From: a virus | Reading direction: 5' to 3' (one strand) | Length of the DNA stretch: 64,000 nucleotides | IMG/VR virus record: IMGVR_UViG_3300031857_000025 | Part shown: positions 10,093-20,265 of the stretch, piece by piece | Layout: the number at the start of each line of letters is the position of its first letter | How positions within the stretch are numbered: position 1 is the stretch's first letter | Made by a program: the position numbers and the translations under genes | The notes under the pieces: model-generated | Databases searched by the model: none | What the model saw: the letters and a program-made list of their open reading frames with translations, nothing else | Told to the model about the DNA's origin: nothing

Positions 10093-11949
10093 ATGAACGT
10101 ATCTAATGAAATACTCTCTGATATTACTGTGCATATGAAGTATGCTAAGTATATTCCAGAGTTACATCGCAGAGAGACCTGGGAAGAGCTAGTGACCAGA
10201 AATAAAAACATGCATCAAAAGAAATATCCAAATTTAAGCAATGAAATTGAAGAAGTATATAAGTACGTTTATGATAAAAAGATTTTACCGTCCATGCGTA
10301 GTTTGCAATTTGGTGGTAAGCCAATTGAAATATCACCTAATCGTATATATAATTGTGCTTATCTTCCTATTGATGACTGGAGGGCTTTCGGTGAAGTAAT
10401 GTTCCTATTGTTAGGCGGTACGGGTGTAGGGTATTCAGTACAACGTCACCATACTGAGCAATTACCAGAGATACGTAAACCGAATATGGATAGAGAACGT
10501 CGATTCCTTATTGCTGATAGTATCGAAGGTTGGGCAGATGCTGTTAAGGCATTAATGAAATCATATTACCAAGGTGGTTCAAAAATTAAATTTGATTTTT
10601 CTGATATCCGTGCAAAAGGAGCCCGTTTGGTTACGTCAGGCGGTAAAGCACCAGGACCACAACCACTTAAAGAATGTTTAATTAAAATTCAAGGTATTTT
10701 AGATTCAAAAGAAGATGGAGAAAAATTATCACCTATTGAAGTGCACGATGTGGTATGTCACATTGCAGACGCTGTTTTGGCTGGGGGTATACGTCGCGCA
10801 GCTCTCATATCATTGTTTAGTGCAGATGATGATGAGATGATTGCTTGTAAGTCTGGAGCTTGGTGGGAACTTAATCCACAAAGAGGACGTGCTAATAATT
10901 CGGCAGTATTGATACGCCATAAAGTTACTAAAGAGTTCTTTATGGATCTTTGGAAGCGTGTTGAATTGAGTGGTGCTGGAGAGCCTGGTATTTATTTATC
11001 CAATGATAAAGATTGGGGAACTAATCCATGTTGTGAAATTGCACTTCGTCCTTATCAGTTCTGTAACTTATGTGAAGTAAATGTATCAGATATTGAATCT
11101 CAAGAAGATTTGAATAACAGAGTTAAGGCAGCTGCGTTTATTGGAACACTTCAAGCAGGTTATACAGACTTCCATTATCTTCGTCCGGTATGGAGACGTA
11201 CTACTGAAAAGGATGCATTGATTGGAGTATCAATGACTGGTATTGGATCTGGTACAGTGTTAGGATATAATATGAAAGAAGCTGCTAAGGCAGTTAAAGA
11301 AGAAAATGCTCGTGTAGCATCAATCTTAGGTATTAATTCCGCTGCAAGATCAACTACCGTTAAACCGGCCGGTACTACATCATTAACATTAGGTACTAGC
11401 TCTGGTATTCATGCATGGCATAATGATTATTATATTCGTCGAATTAGAGTAGGTAAGAATGAAGCTATTTATTCATATCTATCAATTTATCATCCAGAGT
11501 TAATTGAAGATGAATACTTCCGTCCTCATGACACTGCAGTTATTTCAATACCACAGAAAGCACCGGATGGGGCTATCTTAAGAACAGAATCGCCATTCCA
11601 ATTATTAGATCGTATTAAACGTATTACTACAGAATGGGTAAGACCTGGACATCGTACTGGTAACAATACTCATAATGTATCAGCGACAGTTTCATTACGT
11701 GAACATGAATGGGACGCGGCCGGTCAATGGATGTGGGATAATCGTGATTACTATAATGGTTTGTCAGTACTTCCTTATGATGGCGGTACATATAAACAAG
11801 CACCATTCGAAGATATTACAGAGGAACAATTCCATTCTATGATGAAGTCACTTCATAATATTGATTTGTCGAAGGTAATTGAATTAGATGACAATACAGA
11901 TTTGTCGGGTGAGTTAGCATGTGCCGGTGGAGCTTGTGAGATAAAGTAA
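10093..11949 (+). CDS. nrdJ: class II (adenosylcobalamin-dependent) ribonucleotide reductase
   Basis: YNCA, TNPCCEI, TVKPAGT, C-terminal CAGGACE; no adjacent small-subunit gene. Confidence 0.88.
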   Translation: MNVSNEILSDITVHMKYAKYIPELHRRETWEELVTRNKNMHQKKYPNLSNEIEEVYKYVYDKKILPSMRSLQFGGKPIEISPNRIYNCAYLPIDDWRAFGEVMFLLLGGTGVGYSVQRHHTEQLPEIRKPNMDRERRFLIADSIEGWADAVKALMKSYYQGGSKIKFDFSDIRAKGARLVTSGGKAPGPQPLKECLIKIQGILDSKEDGEKLSPIEVHDVVCHIADAVLAGGIRRAALISLFSADDDEMIACKSGAWWELNPQRGRANNSAVLIRHKVTKEFFMDLWKRVELSGAGEPGIYLSNDKDWGTNPCCEIALRPYQFCNLCEVNVSDIESQEDLNNRVKAAAFIGTLQAGYTDFHYLRPVWRRTTEKDALIGVSMTGIGSGTVLGYNMKEAAKAVKEENARVASILGINSAARSTTVKPAGTTSLTLGTSSGIHAWHNDYYIRRIRVGKNEAIYSYLSIYHPELIEDEYFRPHDTAVISIPQKAPDGAILRTESPFQLLDRIKRITTEWVRPGHRTGNNTHNVSATVSLREHEWDAAGQWMWDNRDYYNGLSVLPYDGGTYKQAPFEDITEEQFHSMMKSLHNIDLSKVIELDDNTDLSGELACAGGACEIK

Positions 11950-12119
11950 TGAGACCTGATGATTGGATAAGTCAACTCCATATGGAAGAGACAATGCAAG
12001 ATTATTACAAGGAAAATGGGCGTGTAGTTTTTACCGCCCACTTTCTGCGTAAACGGGGATATTGTTGCAGTAACGGATGTCGTCATTGCCCATATACTGA
12101 TATTTATAATAAAGGATAA
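11949..12119 (+). CDS. small Cys-rich protein (DUF5522-like), not in the ORF track
   Basis: 56 aa MRPDDW...YYKENGRVVFTAHFLRKRGYCCSNGCRHCPY; start overlaps the nrdJ stop (TAATG). Confidence 0.7.
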   Translation: MRPDDWISQLHMEETMQDYYKENGRVVFTAHFLRKRGYCCSNGCRHCPYTDIYNKG

Positions 12120-12120
12120 C

Positions 12121-12549
12121 ATGATTAAATTAACAACTTTAATTCGTGAAAATGAAGCAGCAAAATGTCCTATTGCTACCCAAGATATCAATGTAAACTT
12201 ACAAAACAGACAAAAGGGTATCAATGAATATGGTTACGGTCCGTTGAACCCAAATGAACCAAATGAATCATTTTGGGCTGATAAGCAAGAGAAATGGAAA
12301 CTAGATTCGCCAGAAGATGCTAAAAAATCATTATGTGGTAATTGTGCTGCATTTGATATTACTAGTAAAACATTGAATTGTATTGCTATTGGTATCGGTG
12401 ACGATCAAGGAACTGAAGATCCTCATGATGTTATTGAAGCTGGCGAGTTAGGATATTGTAGATTCTTAAAATTCAAATGTGCTGCTAAACGTACCTGTGA
12501 TGCATGGGTAGTCGGTGGACCAATTACTGATGATAAACAAGCTAAATGA
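12121..12549 (+). CDS. Cys-rich protein with MIKL leader
   Basis: CGNCAAF...GYC...C...CDAW. Confidence 0.6.
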   Translation: MIKLTTLIRENEAAKCPIATQDINVNLQNRQKGINEYGYGPLNPNEPNESFWADKQEKWKLDSPEDAKKSLCGNCAAFDITSKTLNCIAIGIGDDQGTEDPHDVIEAGELGYCRFLKFKCAAKRTCDAWVVGGPITDDKQAK

Positions 12550-13003
12550 GTGGATGGCATTTATACAAATGCCTAGAACAGAACTTGGTGGGTTTGCTAT
12601 ATGTCCATATGCAAGACAAGCTATCATACAAAAGTCATATGATATACAGTATACAAATGTAAATAGTGTTACTAGTATATTAGATGATATTGATATCACT
12701 AAAAATGATGTTACTATACTTGTAATAGATGATTATATGAACTATGATATGGAGTATTTAGTTAATCATACTATGGAATTAAATCAAAAATATAAAATGC
12801 AGGATATTGTTATACTTGATAATGACCCTAGATCACCTATGGATATTAATGGTGTAGTATCAACATTTGAACATGCATATCTTTGGATTATACAATCACT
12901 CAGTGATCTAACAAGTAAAAGTCGACAATTAAGTAAAACAAATTATTATAGCTTTTGGACTCAACAGCAAATTGATGAAGTTGTTACATGGAGAAAAAAA
13001 TAG
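12515..13003 (+). CDS. hypothetical protein (DUF1415-like; start may be 12530)
   Basis: ICPYA motif near the N-terminus. Confidence 0.5.
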   Translation: MDQLLMINKLNEWMAFIQMPRTELGGFAICPYARQAIIQKSYDIQYTNVNSVTSILDDIDITKNDVTILVIDDYMNYDMEYLVNHTMELNQKYKMQDIVILDNDPRSPMDINGVVSTFEHAYLWIIQSLSDLTSKSRQLSKTNYYSFWTQQQIDEVVTWRKK

Positions 13004-13065
13004 AAAATAAATTTGGAATAATAAAAGAAAGTATTTATATTTAGATAAATTAAAAATAATAAGTT

Positions 13066-13353
13066 ATGTTTAAATTCAAAGATGTAGAAGTAACCTTCGA
13101 TATGAAGCAGTTACCGTTTTATGATCAAGAGTATCTTAAAACAATGTGTTATGAAACAGTGAATGCAAAGTCTTATATGCATTCCGGAAAGAGTTTTAAT
13201 GAATTGTATAAGAGTGCTAACAACTTTACTATCTTCAGTGATGACAGTACTATGCATAGCTATATGTCAGAATTTGCAGGTAAAGTTGCTAATACAGCTT
13301 CGCATTTGTTACATGGTAAAAAATACTATTTCGCTTGGACTTATAAAAAATAA
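13066..13353 (+). CDS. hypothetical protein
   Basis: first ORF after the promoter at 13012-13043. Confidence 0.6.
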   Translation: MFKFKDVEVTFDMKQLPFYDQEYLKTMCYETVNAKSYMHSGKSFNELYKSANNFTIFSDDSTMHSYMSEFAGKVANTASHLLHGKKYYFAWTYKK

Positions 13354-13361
13354 AGGTGTAT

Positions 13362-13841
13362 ATGACAAGATATGTCTCAACAAAGCTATTCGAAAACTAC
13401 TCTGTCGCTATTCGTCAATGGAAAGCACAACATTCTCATTGCCAACTATTACATGGTTATGCTTTGAAGTTCAAAGTATGGTTTGCTAGTAATGAGCCAG
13501 ATATTGATAACCAATTAGATGATATGAATTGGATTGTTGATTATGGTGGATTTAAAACTCCGCCTCAGGGTAATGGACTAAAAGATTGGATGAATCATAT
13601 GTGGGATCATACAACATTAATTCAAAAGGATGATCCTTACCGTGATTTGTTTGAATCTATGCAAATGGAAGGTATATGTAAAGTGCACTTCCTAGATAAA
13701 ATGGGAGCGGAGAGTTGTGCTCGTTTAGTATATGAACATTTCAATAAGGTATTATCTAATACTGATGCTGGTAGATGTAAATGTATTAAAGTAGAATGTT
13801 TTGAAAATGATAGTAACAGTTCAATTTACGAAGAAATATGA
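13362..13841 (+). CDS. queD: 6-carboxy-5,6,7,8-tetrahydropterin synthase
   Basis: HCQLLHGY, WDHT, GAES, C-terminal E-N T-fold pattern. Confidence 0.85.
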   Translation: MTRYVSTKLFENYSVAIRQWKAQHSHCQLLHGYALKFKVWFASNEPDIDNQLDDMNWIVDYGGFKTPPQGNGLKDWMNHMWDHTTLIQKDDPYRDLFESMQMEGICKVHFLDKMGAESCARLVYEHFNKVLSNTDAGRCKCIKVECFENDSNSSIYEEI

Positions 13842-14620
13842 AACCAGGTAGAATAACAGATTATAATAAACAGTTACCAATAGTAGAATTATATTATTGT
13901 GTACAGTCAGAGGGTAGCCGTTCTGGTATGCCAACCGTATGTGTACGTACTACCGGATGTACTCATAGATGCTGGTTCGGAGAAGGCGGATGGTGTGATT
14001 CATGGTATACTAGTATTCATCCAGAGAAAGGAGGATTTAGTTTTAATGATATCAAAAAGATGTATGATGATCGTCCAGATATCAAAGAAATGATGTTAAC
14101 AGGTGGTTCACCTACTATGCATCCTGATCTAGTAAATGAATTAACTCATTTTGCTAATGAACGTGGTATTTTAATTACAATGGAAACGGAAGGTAGTCAT
14201 TTCATTGAAACAGATTATCCAATTGGATTGATTTCATTGTCACCTAAGTTTAGTAATAGCGTACCTAAGGTCGGCGTTGCAACTCCTAAAGGAGCTACTA
14301 CTGATCAGCGTATGATAGATCAACATAATAAGTTTCGTCTTAAGTATGATGTGATGAAACAGATGATTGCTTATCATTCTGATTATCATTTCAAGCCAGT
14401 ATGTAATCCTACGGAAATGCCTGAGGTATGGGAAGAAATAGAAAAAGCTAGAGAAACATTAGGAATTCCAAAAAATAAAACTTATATTATGCCTCCAGGT
14501 GATAATAGAGATGAACTTATCAGAGTATATCCAATGGTAATGGACTTCTGTAGAGATAATGGATTTAATTTTACAGGTCGAGAGCATATCATTGCTTTTG
14601 ATACTAAACGATGTGTATAA
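13838..14620 (+). CDS. queE: 7-carboxy-7-deazaguanine synthase (radical SAM)
   Basis: QSEG, RTTGCTHRC...WCDS, LTGGSP, ETEG, SLSPK. Confidence 0.88.
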   Translation: MKPGRITDYNKQLPIVELYYCVQSEGSRSGMPTVCVRTTGCTHRCWFGEGGWCDSWYTSIHPEKGGFSFNDIKKMYDDRPDIKEMMLTGGSPTMHPDLVNELTHFANERGILITMETEGSHFIETDYPIGLISLSPKFSNSVPKVGVATPKGATTDQRMIDQHNKFRLKYDVMKQMIAYHSDYHFKPVCNPTEMPEVWEEIEKARETLGIPKNKTYIMPPGDNRDELIRVYPMVMDFCRDNGFNFTGREHIIAFDTKRCV

Positions 14621-14634
14621 AAAGGAGAATAGTT

Positions 14635-14931
14635 ATGAACATGAAACCAATGGGCGACCAGGTGTTGCTGAAAGAAAGAGAAAAGAAAGAAAAAACGACT
14701 TCAGGTATTATTCTTATGAATGGAGCTGAAGGTTACTATGTAACGGCAGATGTTATTGCAGTAGGTGATGGTTTGTTTACTCAAACCGGAGATCGTATTC
14801 CAATGACAGTCAAGCCAGGTGACATTGTTATGATACATAAGAATGACACTACAGATAATAAAAAAGTAAAAATTGATGATCAGGAGTATGTACTAGTACG
14901 TGAATCTGATATCGCAATGTATCAACAATAA
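14635..14931 (+). CDS. groES: co-chaperonin GroES
   Basis: MKPMGDQVL, KTTSGIIL, VIAVGDG, VKPGD, RESDI. Confidence 0.9.
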   Translation: MNMKPMGDQVLLKEREKKEKTTSGIILMNGAEGYYVTADVIAVGDGLFTQTGDRIPMTVKPGDIVMIHKNDTTDNKKVKIDDQEYVLVRESDIAMYQQ

Positions 14932-14932
14932 T

Positions 14933-15652
14933 ATGGCAGAAAAGAAACAATTAGGTAACTCGTTAGAAACTGTACAATCAGGATTTGCTAACGGTGTATC
15001 AAGTCATTTGGCAAAGAAACAAGCTCTCGAAGGTCCAAATGCTAAACTATCACAAGACGAAAAGCAACAAATTATCGATGAAGCTGCATATTACTTTGCA
15101 AAGTTTTTATCGGCATTAGGTGTTGATTGGGAGAATGATCCTAATTCAAATGATACACCTCGACGTGTTGCAAAGGCATATGTAAATGATTTATGGGCAG
15201 GTCGATTCAATTCGGCTCCGGAGATTACAGCATTTCCTAGTGACGGATATGATGGTATAGTATTTGAGGGGGGTATTCCATTGACTTCAATGTGTTCGCA
15301 TCATCATCAGACTATTATGGGTAGAATCCATGTAGCATATATTCCAGGTGAGAATGGTAAGGTTGTAGGTTTAAGTAAACTTAATCGTATTGTTGAGCAT
15401 TTTGGAAGACGTGGTGCAATACAAGAACAGTTAACAGTTGCCATTCATAATGCAGTTAATACTATTATTGAAGACAATAAAGGTGTAGCTGTTATGGTAG
15501 AGGCTACTCATAACTGTGTACAATGTCGTGGTGTTAAACATGGCGGAGCTAGTATGAAGACATCTAAACTAACTGGTGCATTCAAAGAAGATCCAGCTAC
15601 AAGAAATGAGTTTTATGAATTTATAAGAGGTTATGGAAATACTAATTCCTGA
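14933..15652 (+). CDS. folE: GTP cyclohydrolase I
   Basis: TPRRVAK, SMCSHH, GLSKLNR, IQEQLT, HNCVQCRG. Confidence 0.93.
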   Translation: MAEKKQLGNSLETVQSGFANGVSSHLAKKQALEGPNAKLSQDEKQQIIDEAAYYFAKFLSALGVDWENDPNSNDTPRRVAKAYVNDLWAGRFNSAPEITAFPSDGYDGIVFEGGIPLTSMCSHHHQTIMGRIHVAYIPGENGKVVGLSKLNRIVEHFGRRGAIQEQLTVAIHNAVNTIIEDNKGVAVMVEATHNCVQCRGVKHGGASMKTSKLTGAFKEDPATRNEFYEFIRGYGNTNS

Positions 15653-16136
15653 ATATAAAATTGAGCGTAGAGTAAGAGCTCTAGCTCATAAGATTACAGA
15701 AGATCATAGGAACAGTGGTAATTCATTGCCACCTGTACTAGTCTGTGTATTAAACGGTGCGTTCATGTTCTTTTCTGATTTAGTTAAGGACATGGGTACG
15801 GATTGTGAAATCGATTTTATTAGACCTAAGTCATACCATGGCCAAGATAATTCCGGTGGTGTTAAATTTTATAAGGAATTAGAATTGGATCTTAAAGGTA
15901 AGCGGGTTTATATTATTGAGGATATTGTCGATACTGGTTCTACTATGTTAGAGATTTTACAAAAGGTAGATGATCGCCGACCCGCCGAAATACGAGTTGT
16001 TACATTGGTACATCGTAAAGGAAGTAAGCATCATGTTGACTTTAATGCCTTTGAAATTGAAGATGAGTGGGTAGTTGGATATGGACTCGATGATAACGGA
16101 TTAAAAAGAAACTATAGAAACATTTATAAGAAATAA
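15633..16136 (+). CDS. hpt: hypoxanthine/guanine phosphoribosyltransferase
   Basis: VLNGAFMF, IIEDIVDTGST PRPP loop, VVGYGLD. Confidence 0.9.
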   Translation: MEILIPEYKIERRVRALAHKITEDHRNSGNSLPPVLVCVLNGAFMFFSDLVKDMGTDCEIDFIRPKSYHGQDNSGGVKFYKELELDLKGKRVYIIEDIVDTGSTMLEILQKVDDRRPAEIRVVTLVHRKGSKHHVDFNAFEIEDEWVVGYGLDDNGLKRNYRNIYKK

Positions 16137-18607
16137 TGTACCAAGCAGTAGCATATCAACAAAGGACTAATACTGTCCATATTTGGGATGACCAGAAAGG
16201 TCATTTGCAGATCAAGTATAAACCATATGCATATCGTAAATCAAGTTACGGTAAGTATGTAGCATTAGATGGTAATACTGTCGATAAAGTATTTCAGTTT
16301 GACAAAGAAGAAGAAGGACTATACGAGGCAGATATTAATCCGGAGACAAGAACATTAATTGATATGTATACAGATTCAGATGATTTATCTATAGGTCATA
16401 GTACCATGTTTATAGATATTGAGGTTGATATTGAAAACGGATTTCCTACTCCAGAAGAAGCTCAGAATGAAGTAACATCAATTGCAATTTATGACCAGGC
16501 CGGCGATAATCGAAAGGTATGGGTGCTAGATAAGGCAGGAGTAGTGACATCCACCAACTTAATTACATCATGTCGTACAGAGTATGAATTGTTACAACAG
16601 TTCTTATTAAGTTACTATGAGATCAAGCCAACTATTATTACTGGATGGAATATTGATTTCTTTGATATTCCGTATTTGTATAATCGTATGTGTAAGATAT
16701 TAGGTGAGAATATTGCCCGTACATTATCTCCTATTAAAGATGTCATATGGCTGAAACATCGTAACAGATATCGAATCTCCGGAGTTAGTTGTTTAGATTA
16801 CTTAGCATTATATAAAAACTTTACTTATTCAGAAGAGTCTAGTTATTCTTTAGAAGCTATATCTCAAAAAGAATTAGGCAGAGGTAAGCTTAAGTATGAT
16901 GGTAACCTTAATGATTTAATGCGTACGGATATCAATAAGTATGTAGAGTATAACTTAAATGACGTTGAGCTGGTACTTGAGATTGATAACAAGATGAAAT
17001 TGTTAGACTTGGCTCGAGGTATTTGTCATAAAGGGCATGTACCATATGAGGATGTATATTTCTCTACTAGATACTTAGATGGCGCATCATTAACTTATCT
17101 TAAACGCTTAGATATTGTCGCTCCAAGTAAAAGACCTAGAGAAGAAGGACAAGGTGTTGATCTGTTAGGAGCATACGTTAAGGTACCTGTACCGGGGCGT
17201 TATAAATGGATATACGACCTTGACTTAACCTCGCTATATCCTAGTATCATTATGACACTTAACATTTCACCTGAAACGAAATTGTTTAAGTTAGATAAAT
17301 TTGATGGTAAGGAATATGTAAAGAATACTGGTACTCATTATTCATATCGTGATACTGGTTGGGCTACAAGTGAAGAATTACGTAATCATCTAGAGACGAA
17401 CAAGTATTCAATTGCAGCTAATGGAGTTGTATATAAGACAGATGAAAAAGGATTCATACCATCTATTCTTGAGAAGTGGTTTAAAGAACGTGTTGATTAT
17501 AAGAATCTTAAGAAGAAGTATGAAAAGGAAGGAGATAAAGCCAAGGCAGAATACTTTGATAGATTACAGTTAGTGACGAAGATCTTGCTTAACTCATTCT
17601 ATGGAGCGTTAGGTAATGCCGGATTCCGATTCTTTGATCCTGATAATGCAGTGGCTGTAACAAGTACGGGTCAGCAGTTAATTAAGTTTACGGCTGATAT
17701 TGGTAATATGTTTTATAAGAAAGAGTTAGGAGTTGAAAAAGATTATTGTATTTATACAGATACAGATTCAACTTTCTTTTCATCATTACCTATCATACAG
17801 AAACGATATCCAGATGGTAATATAACAGATGAACAATGGATGGCAGAAAAGACTATTGAAGTAGCTAATGAAGTACAAGCATTTATCAATAAGTCATATG
17901 ATATGTACGCCAGTAAGTTCCATAATGTTAATACTCATAGATTTGATATTAAGCAAGAGTTTGTAGCCAAGGCAGGTATTTGGATTGCCAAGAAACGATA
18001 TGCCCAATGGCTAATCAATCAGGAAGGTCATACTATATCTCGTTTGGATGTTAAAGGTATGGACGTTGTTAGATCAAGTTTCCCAGTAGCGTTCCGTAAG
18101 TTCATGTCTGAGGTATTGAAAGATATCTTAAATGATATTGATAAGACTGCATTGGATACCAAGATCTTAAATTTCAAAGATAACCTAAAGACATTACCGA
18201 TATTAGATATCATGGCACCTACTGGTGTTAAAGAGATAAGCAAGTATACTACTAAGCATGCTAAGCCATTTGCAATGCGACCAAAAGGTACTCCGGTCCA
18301 TGTTAAATCAGCATTAAACTATAATGATCTTCTTAAGCATCATAGTATTACAAATATTCGTGAGATCATGGACGGTGAAAAGATTAAATGGTGTTACATA
18401 AAAACAAATCCATTGAACTTGGATTCATGTGCATTGAAAGGATATGATGATCCAGAACCTATATGGAATTTTGTAGAACAGTATATAGACCATGATAAAA
18501 TCTTTAAGTCAGCATTTCAAAATAAACTAAATGACTTCTATCAGGCACTTAATTGGGGTAGTGTTCCTGAGAATAACAATATGGCAAAATTCTTTAGTTT
18601 TTCTTAG
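16136..18607 (+). CDS. family B DNA polymerase
   Basis: DIEVD and GWNIDFFD exonuclease motifs, DLTSLYPS, KILLNSFYG, YTDTDS. Confidence 0.95.
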   Translation: MYQAVAYQQRTNTVHIWDDQKGHLQIKYKPYAYRKSSYGKYVALDGNTVDKVFQFDKEEEGLYEADINPETRTLIDMYTDSDDLSIGHSTMFIDIEVDIENGFPTPEEAQNEVTSIAIYDQAGDNRKVWVLDKAGVVTSTNLITSCRTEYELLQQFLLSYYEIKPTIITGWNIDFFDIPYLYNRMCKILGENIARTLSPIKDVIWLKHRNRYRISGVSCLDYLALYKNFTYSEESSYSLEAISQKELGRGKLKYDGNLNDLMRTDINKYVEYNLNDVELVLEIDNKMKLLDLARGICHKGHVPYEDVYFSTRYLDGASLTYLKRLDIVAPSKRPREEGQGVDLLGAYVKVPVPGRYKWIYDLDLTSLYPSIIMTLNISPETKLFKLDKFDGKEYVKNTGTHYSYRDTGWATSEELRNHLETNKYSIAANGVVYKTDEKGFIPSILEKWFKERVDYKNLKKKYEKEGDKAKAEYFDRLQLVTKILLNSFYGALGNAGFRFFDPDNAVAVTSTGQQLIKFTADIGNMFYKKELGVEKDYCIYTDTDSTFFSSLPIIQKRYPDGNITDEQWMAEKTIEVANEVQAFINKSYDMYASKFHNVNTHRFDIKQEFVAKAGIWIAKKRYAQWLINQEGHTISRLDVKGMDVVRSSFPVAFRKFMSEVLKDILNDIDKTALDTKILNFKDNLKTLPILDIMAPTGVKEISKYTTKHAKPFAMRPKGTPVHVKSALNYNDLLKHHSITNIREIMDGEKIKWCYIKTNPLNLDSCALKGYDDPEPIWNFVEQYIDHDKIFKSAFQNKLNDFYQALNWGSVPENNNMAKFFSFS

Positions 18608-18658
18608 GTTTTTTAAGAGTTTGTATTTATATTTAGTCAAATTAAAAAATAATAAGTT

Positions 18659-19075
18659 ATGTACGGTGAGCAGTATTGGTATGGTAAAGAGGTCGAAGGT
18701 CGATACTCTGATGTTGAAACAGTTTTTGTAAGAAGTGGTATTCCTACGGATATTTTAGAGTATCCTCATGCATACTTTACAATTGAGTATGTGCGAGAAA
18801 TGATTAAAAAGAATGATTGGTCAATTGTACATATGATTCTTAAGACTCGTCAAATTGTAACGGTCGAAGCTACTGCTGATACATTAGATCATATTCCAAT
18901 GTCAGTATTTAATAGAGCACATATTATCTATCGTATTCCTGATAGTCATTTGGCTAAACTAAAGAAAACTGATACATTGTCAATTGATGCTGGTTGGTAC
19001 CGAGTTCATCAGATTATGAAATGCAACTTAATGGAAATCAATCCAGATGATTATAAATTCGATAGATTAAAGTAA
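18659..19075 (+). CDS. hypothetical protein, first gene of the GT/TGT operon
   Basis: own promoter at 18604-18635; TAATG coupling to the next gene. Confidence 0.65.
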   Translation: MYGEQYWYGKEVEGRYSDVETVFVRSGIPTDILEYPHAYFTIEYVREMIKKNDWSIVHMILKTRQIVTVEATADTLDHIPMSVFNRAHIIYRIPDSHLAKLKKTDTLSIDAGWYRVHQIMKCNLMEINPDDYKFDRLK

Positions 19076-20265
19076 TGAAAAGAAATATATTTTATTTTGG
19101 CCTAGAGCCATTAAAAGCTAGATATACTTATCAGCTATGCGAAGAATGGATGCCTAAAACTTTTGAGGCATACAAAGATCGTTTAAACTTTATTCCGATG
19201 CCAGGAGAGTTCGATCCCGATCAAGAAATCAAAGTAGGTGCCGTGTTAGATGCAATTGGTAGAGGCAAGTATAGTTTGACTCAATGTCAAAACTTCTTGA
19301 AAATGATCTATGATGGTACGGTTAAAGACGGTGACGTTATTTTCTTGCAAGACTATTGGACTCCAGGTTTAGATGCTATTTGGTATGCTTTGGATTTATA
19401 TAATATCAAAGTTAAGGTATATGCAATGTTACATGCTCAATCAGTTGATGAATATGACTTTACATATCCGATGGCATATTGGATGCGTCATTATGAGTTA
19501 GGATTGGATCAACGCATGACCAGTATCTTTGTAGGAAGTACTATCCATAAAGAACAATTGAGAGCGGCTGGGTTCAAAGCTCCTATACATGTTGTATCGT
19601 TACCGATTCATAAACAAGCTACATTAGATGTATTACCTGAATGGAATACATTGGATAAGAAAAATGTAATTGTATACTCAAGTCGATTTGATAAGGAAAA
19701 GAATCCATTCTTCATGATGGAAGTAGCTGAACAGTTCTTGAAAAAGAATCCGCGATATGAATGGCACGTAACTACATCCGGCAAAGAGTTCCGTAGTATG
19801 TTACCAGGTGTTATCGATGCTATGAATGCATTAGCAAAACGTCAGCCTAGATTTAAAATGTTGAAAGGTTTAACTAAGCAAGAATATTATACAGAGTTAG
19901 CTACATGTAAGGTACAGTTTAATACATCATTACAAGATTATGTATCATGGACTGTTATCGAGTCAACTGCATTTGGAGCTGATATCGTGTTTCCTAATTT
20001 CAGATCATTCCCAGAGTTTATTGATGCATCTCGATTGTATAAACCGTTTGATGTTCAAGATGCGTTAACGGTATTAAATAATGTACTAGGTAATACTAAA
20101 ACTCATTATGATATTGTTGATCGTTCTGACTTGGGTAGACAAATGGAAGGATATATCATTGCCAATGATTTTGATAAGGAGATATGTATTTGGCATGAAA
20201 CAGAATATTGTAAAGCACTTATCAATAGTGAAGTAAAAAATAATCAATTGGAGTTAGAACTATAA
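19075..20265 (+). CDS. GT-B fold glycosyltransferase
   Basis: SRFDKEKNP, SLQDYVSWTVIE, FPEF donor-binding region. Confidence 0.7.
   Translation: MKRNIFYFGLEPLKARYTYQLCEEWMPKTFEAYKDRLNFIPMPGEFDPDQEIKVGAVLDAIGRGKYSLTQCQNFLKMIYDGTVKDGDVIFLQDYWTPGLDAIWYALDLYNIKVKVYAMLHAQSVDEYDFTYPMAYWMRHYELGLDQRMTSIFVGSTIHKEQLRAAGFKAPIHVVSLPIHKQATLDVLPEWNTLDKKNVIVYSSRFDKEKNPFFMMEVAEQFLKKNPRYEWHVTTSGKEFRSMLPGVIDAMNALAKRQPRFKMLKGLTKQEYYTELATCKVQFNTSLQDYVSWTVIESTAFGADIVFPNFRSFPEFIDASRLYKPFDVQDALTVLNNVLGNTKTHYDIVDRSDLGRQMEGYIIANDFDKEICIWHETEYCKALINSEVKNNQLELEL

Noticed and set aside
6401-18607. Inteins or introns in recA, helicase, nrdJ or polB
   Set aside because: Normal lengths, continuous motifs and no splice-junction signatures
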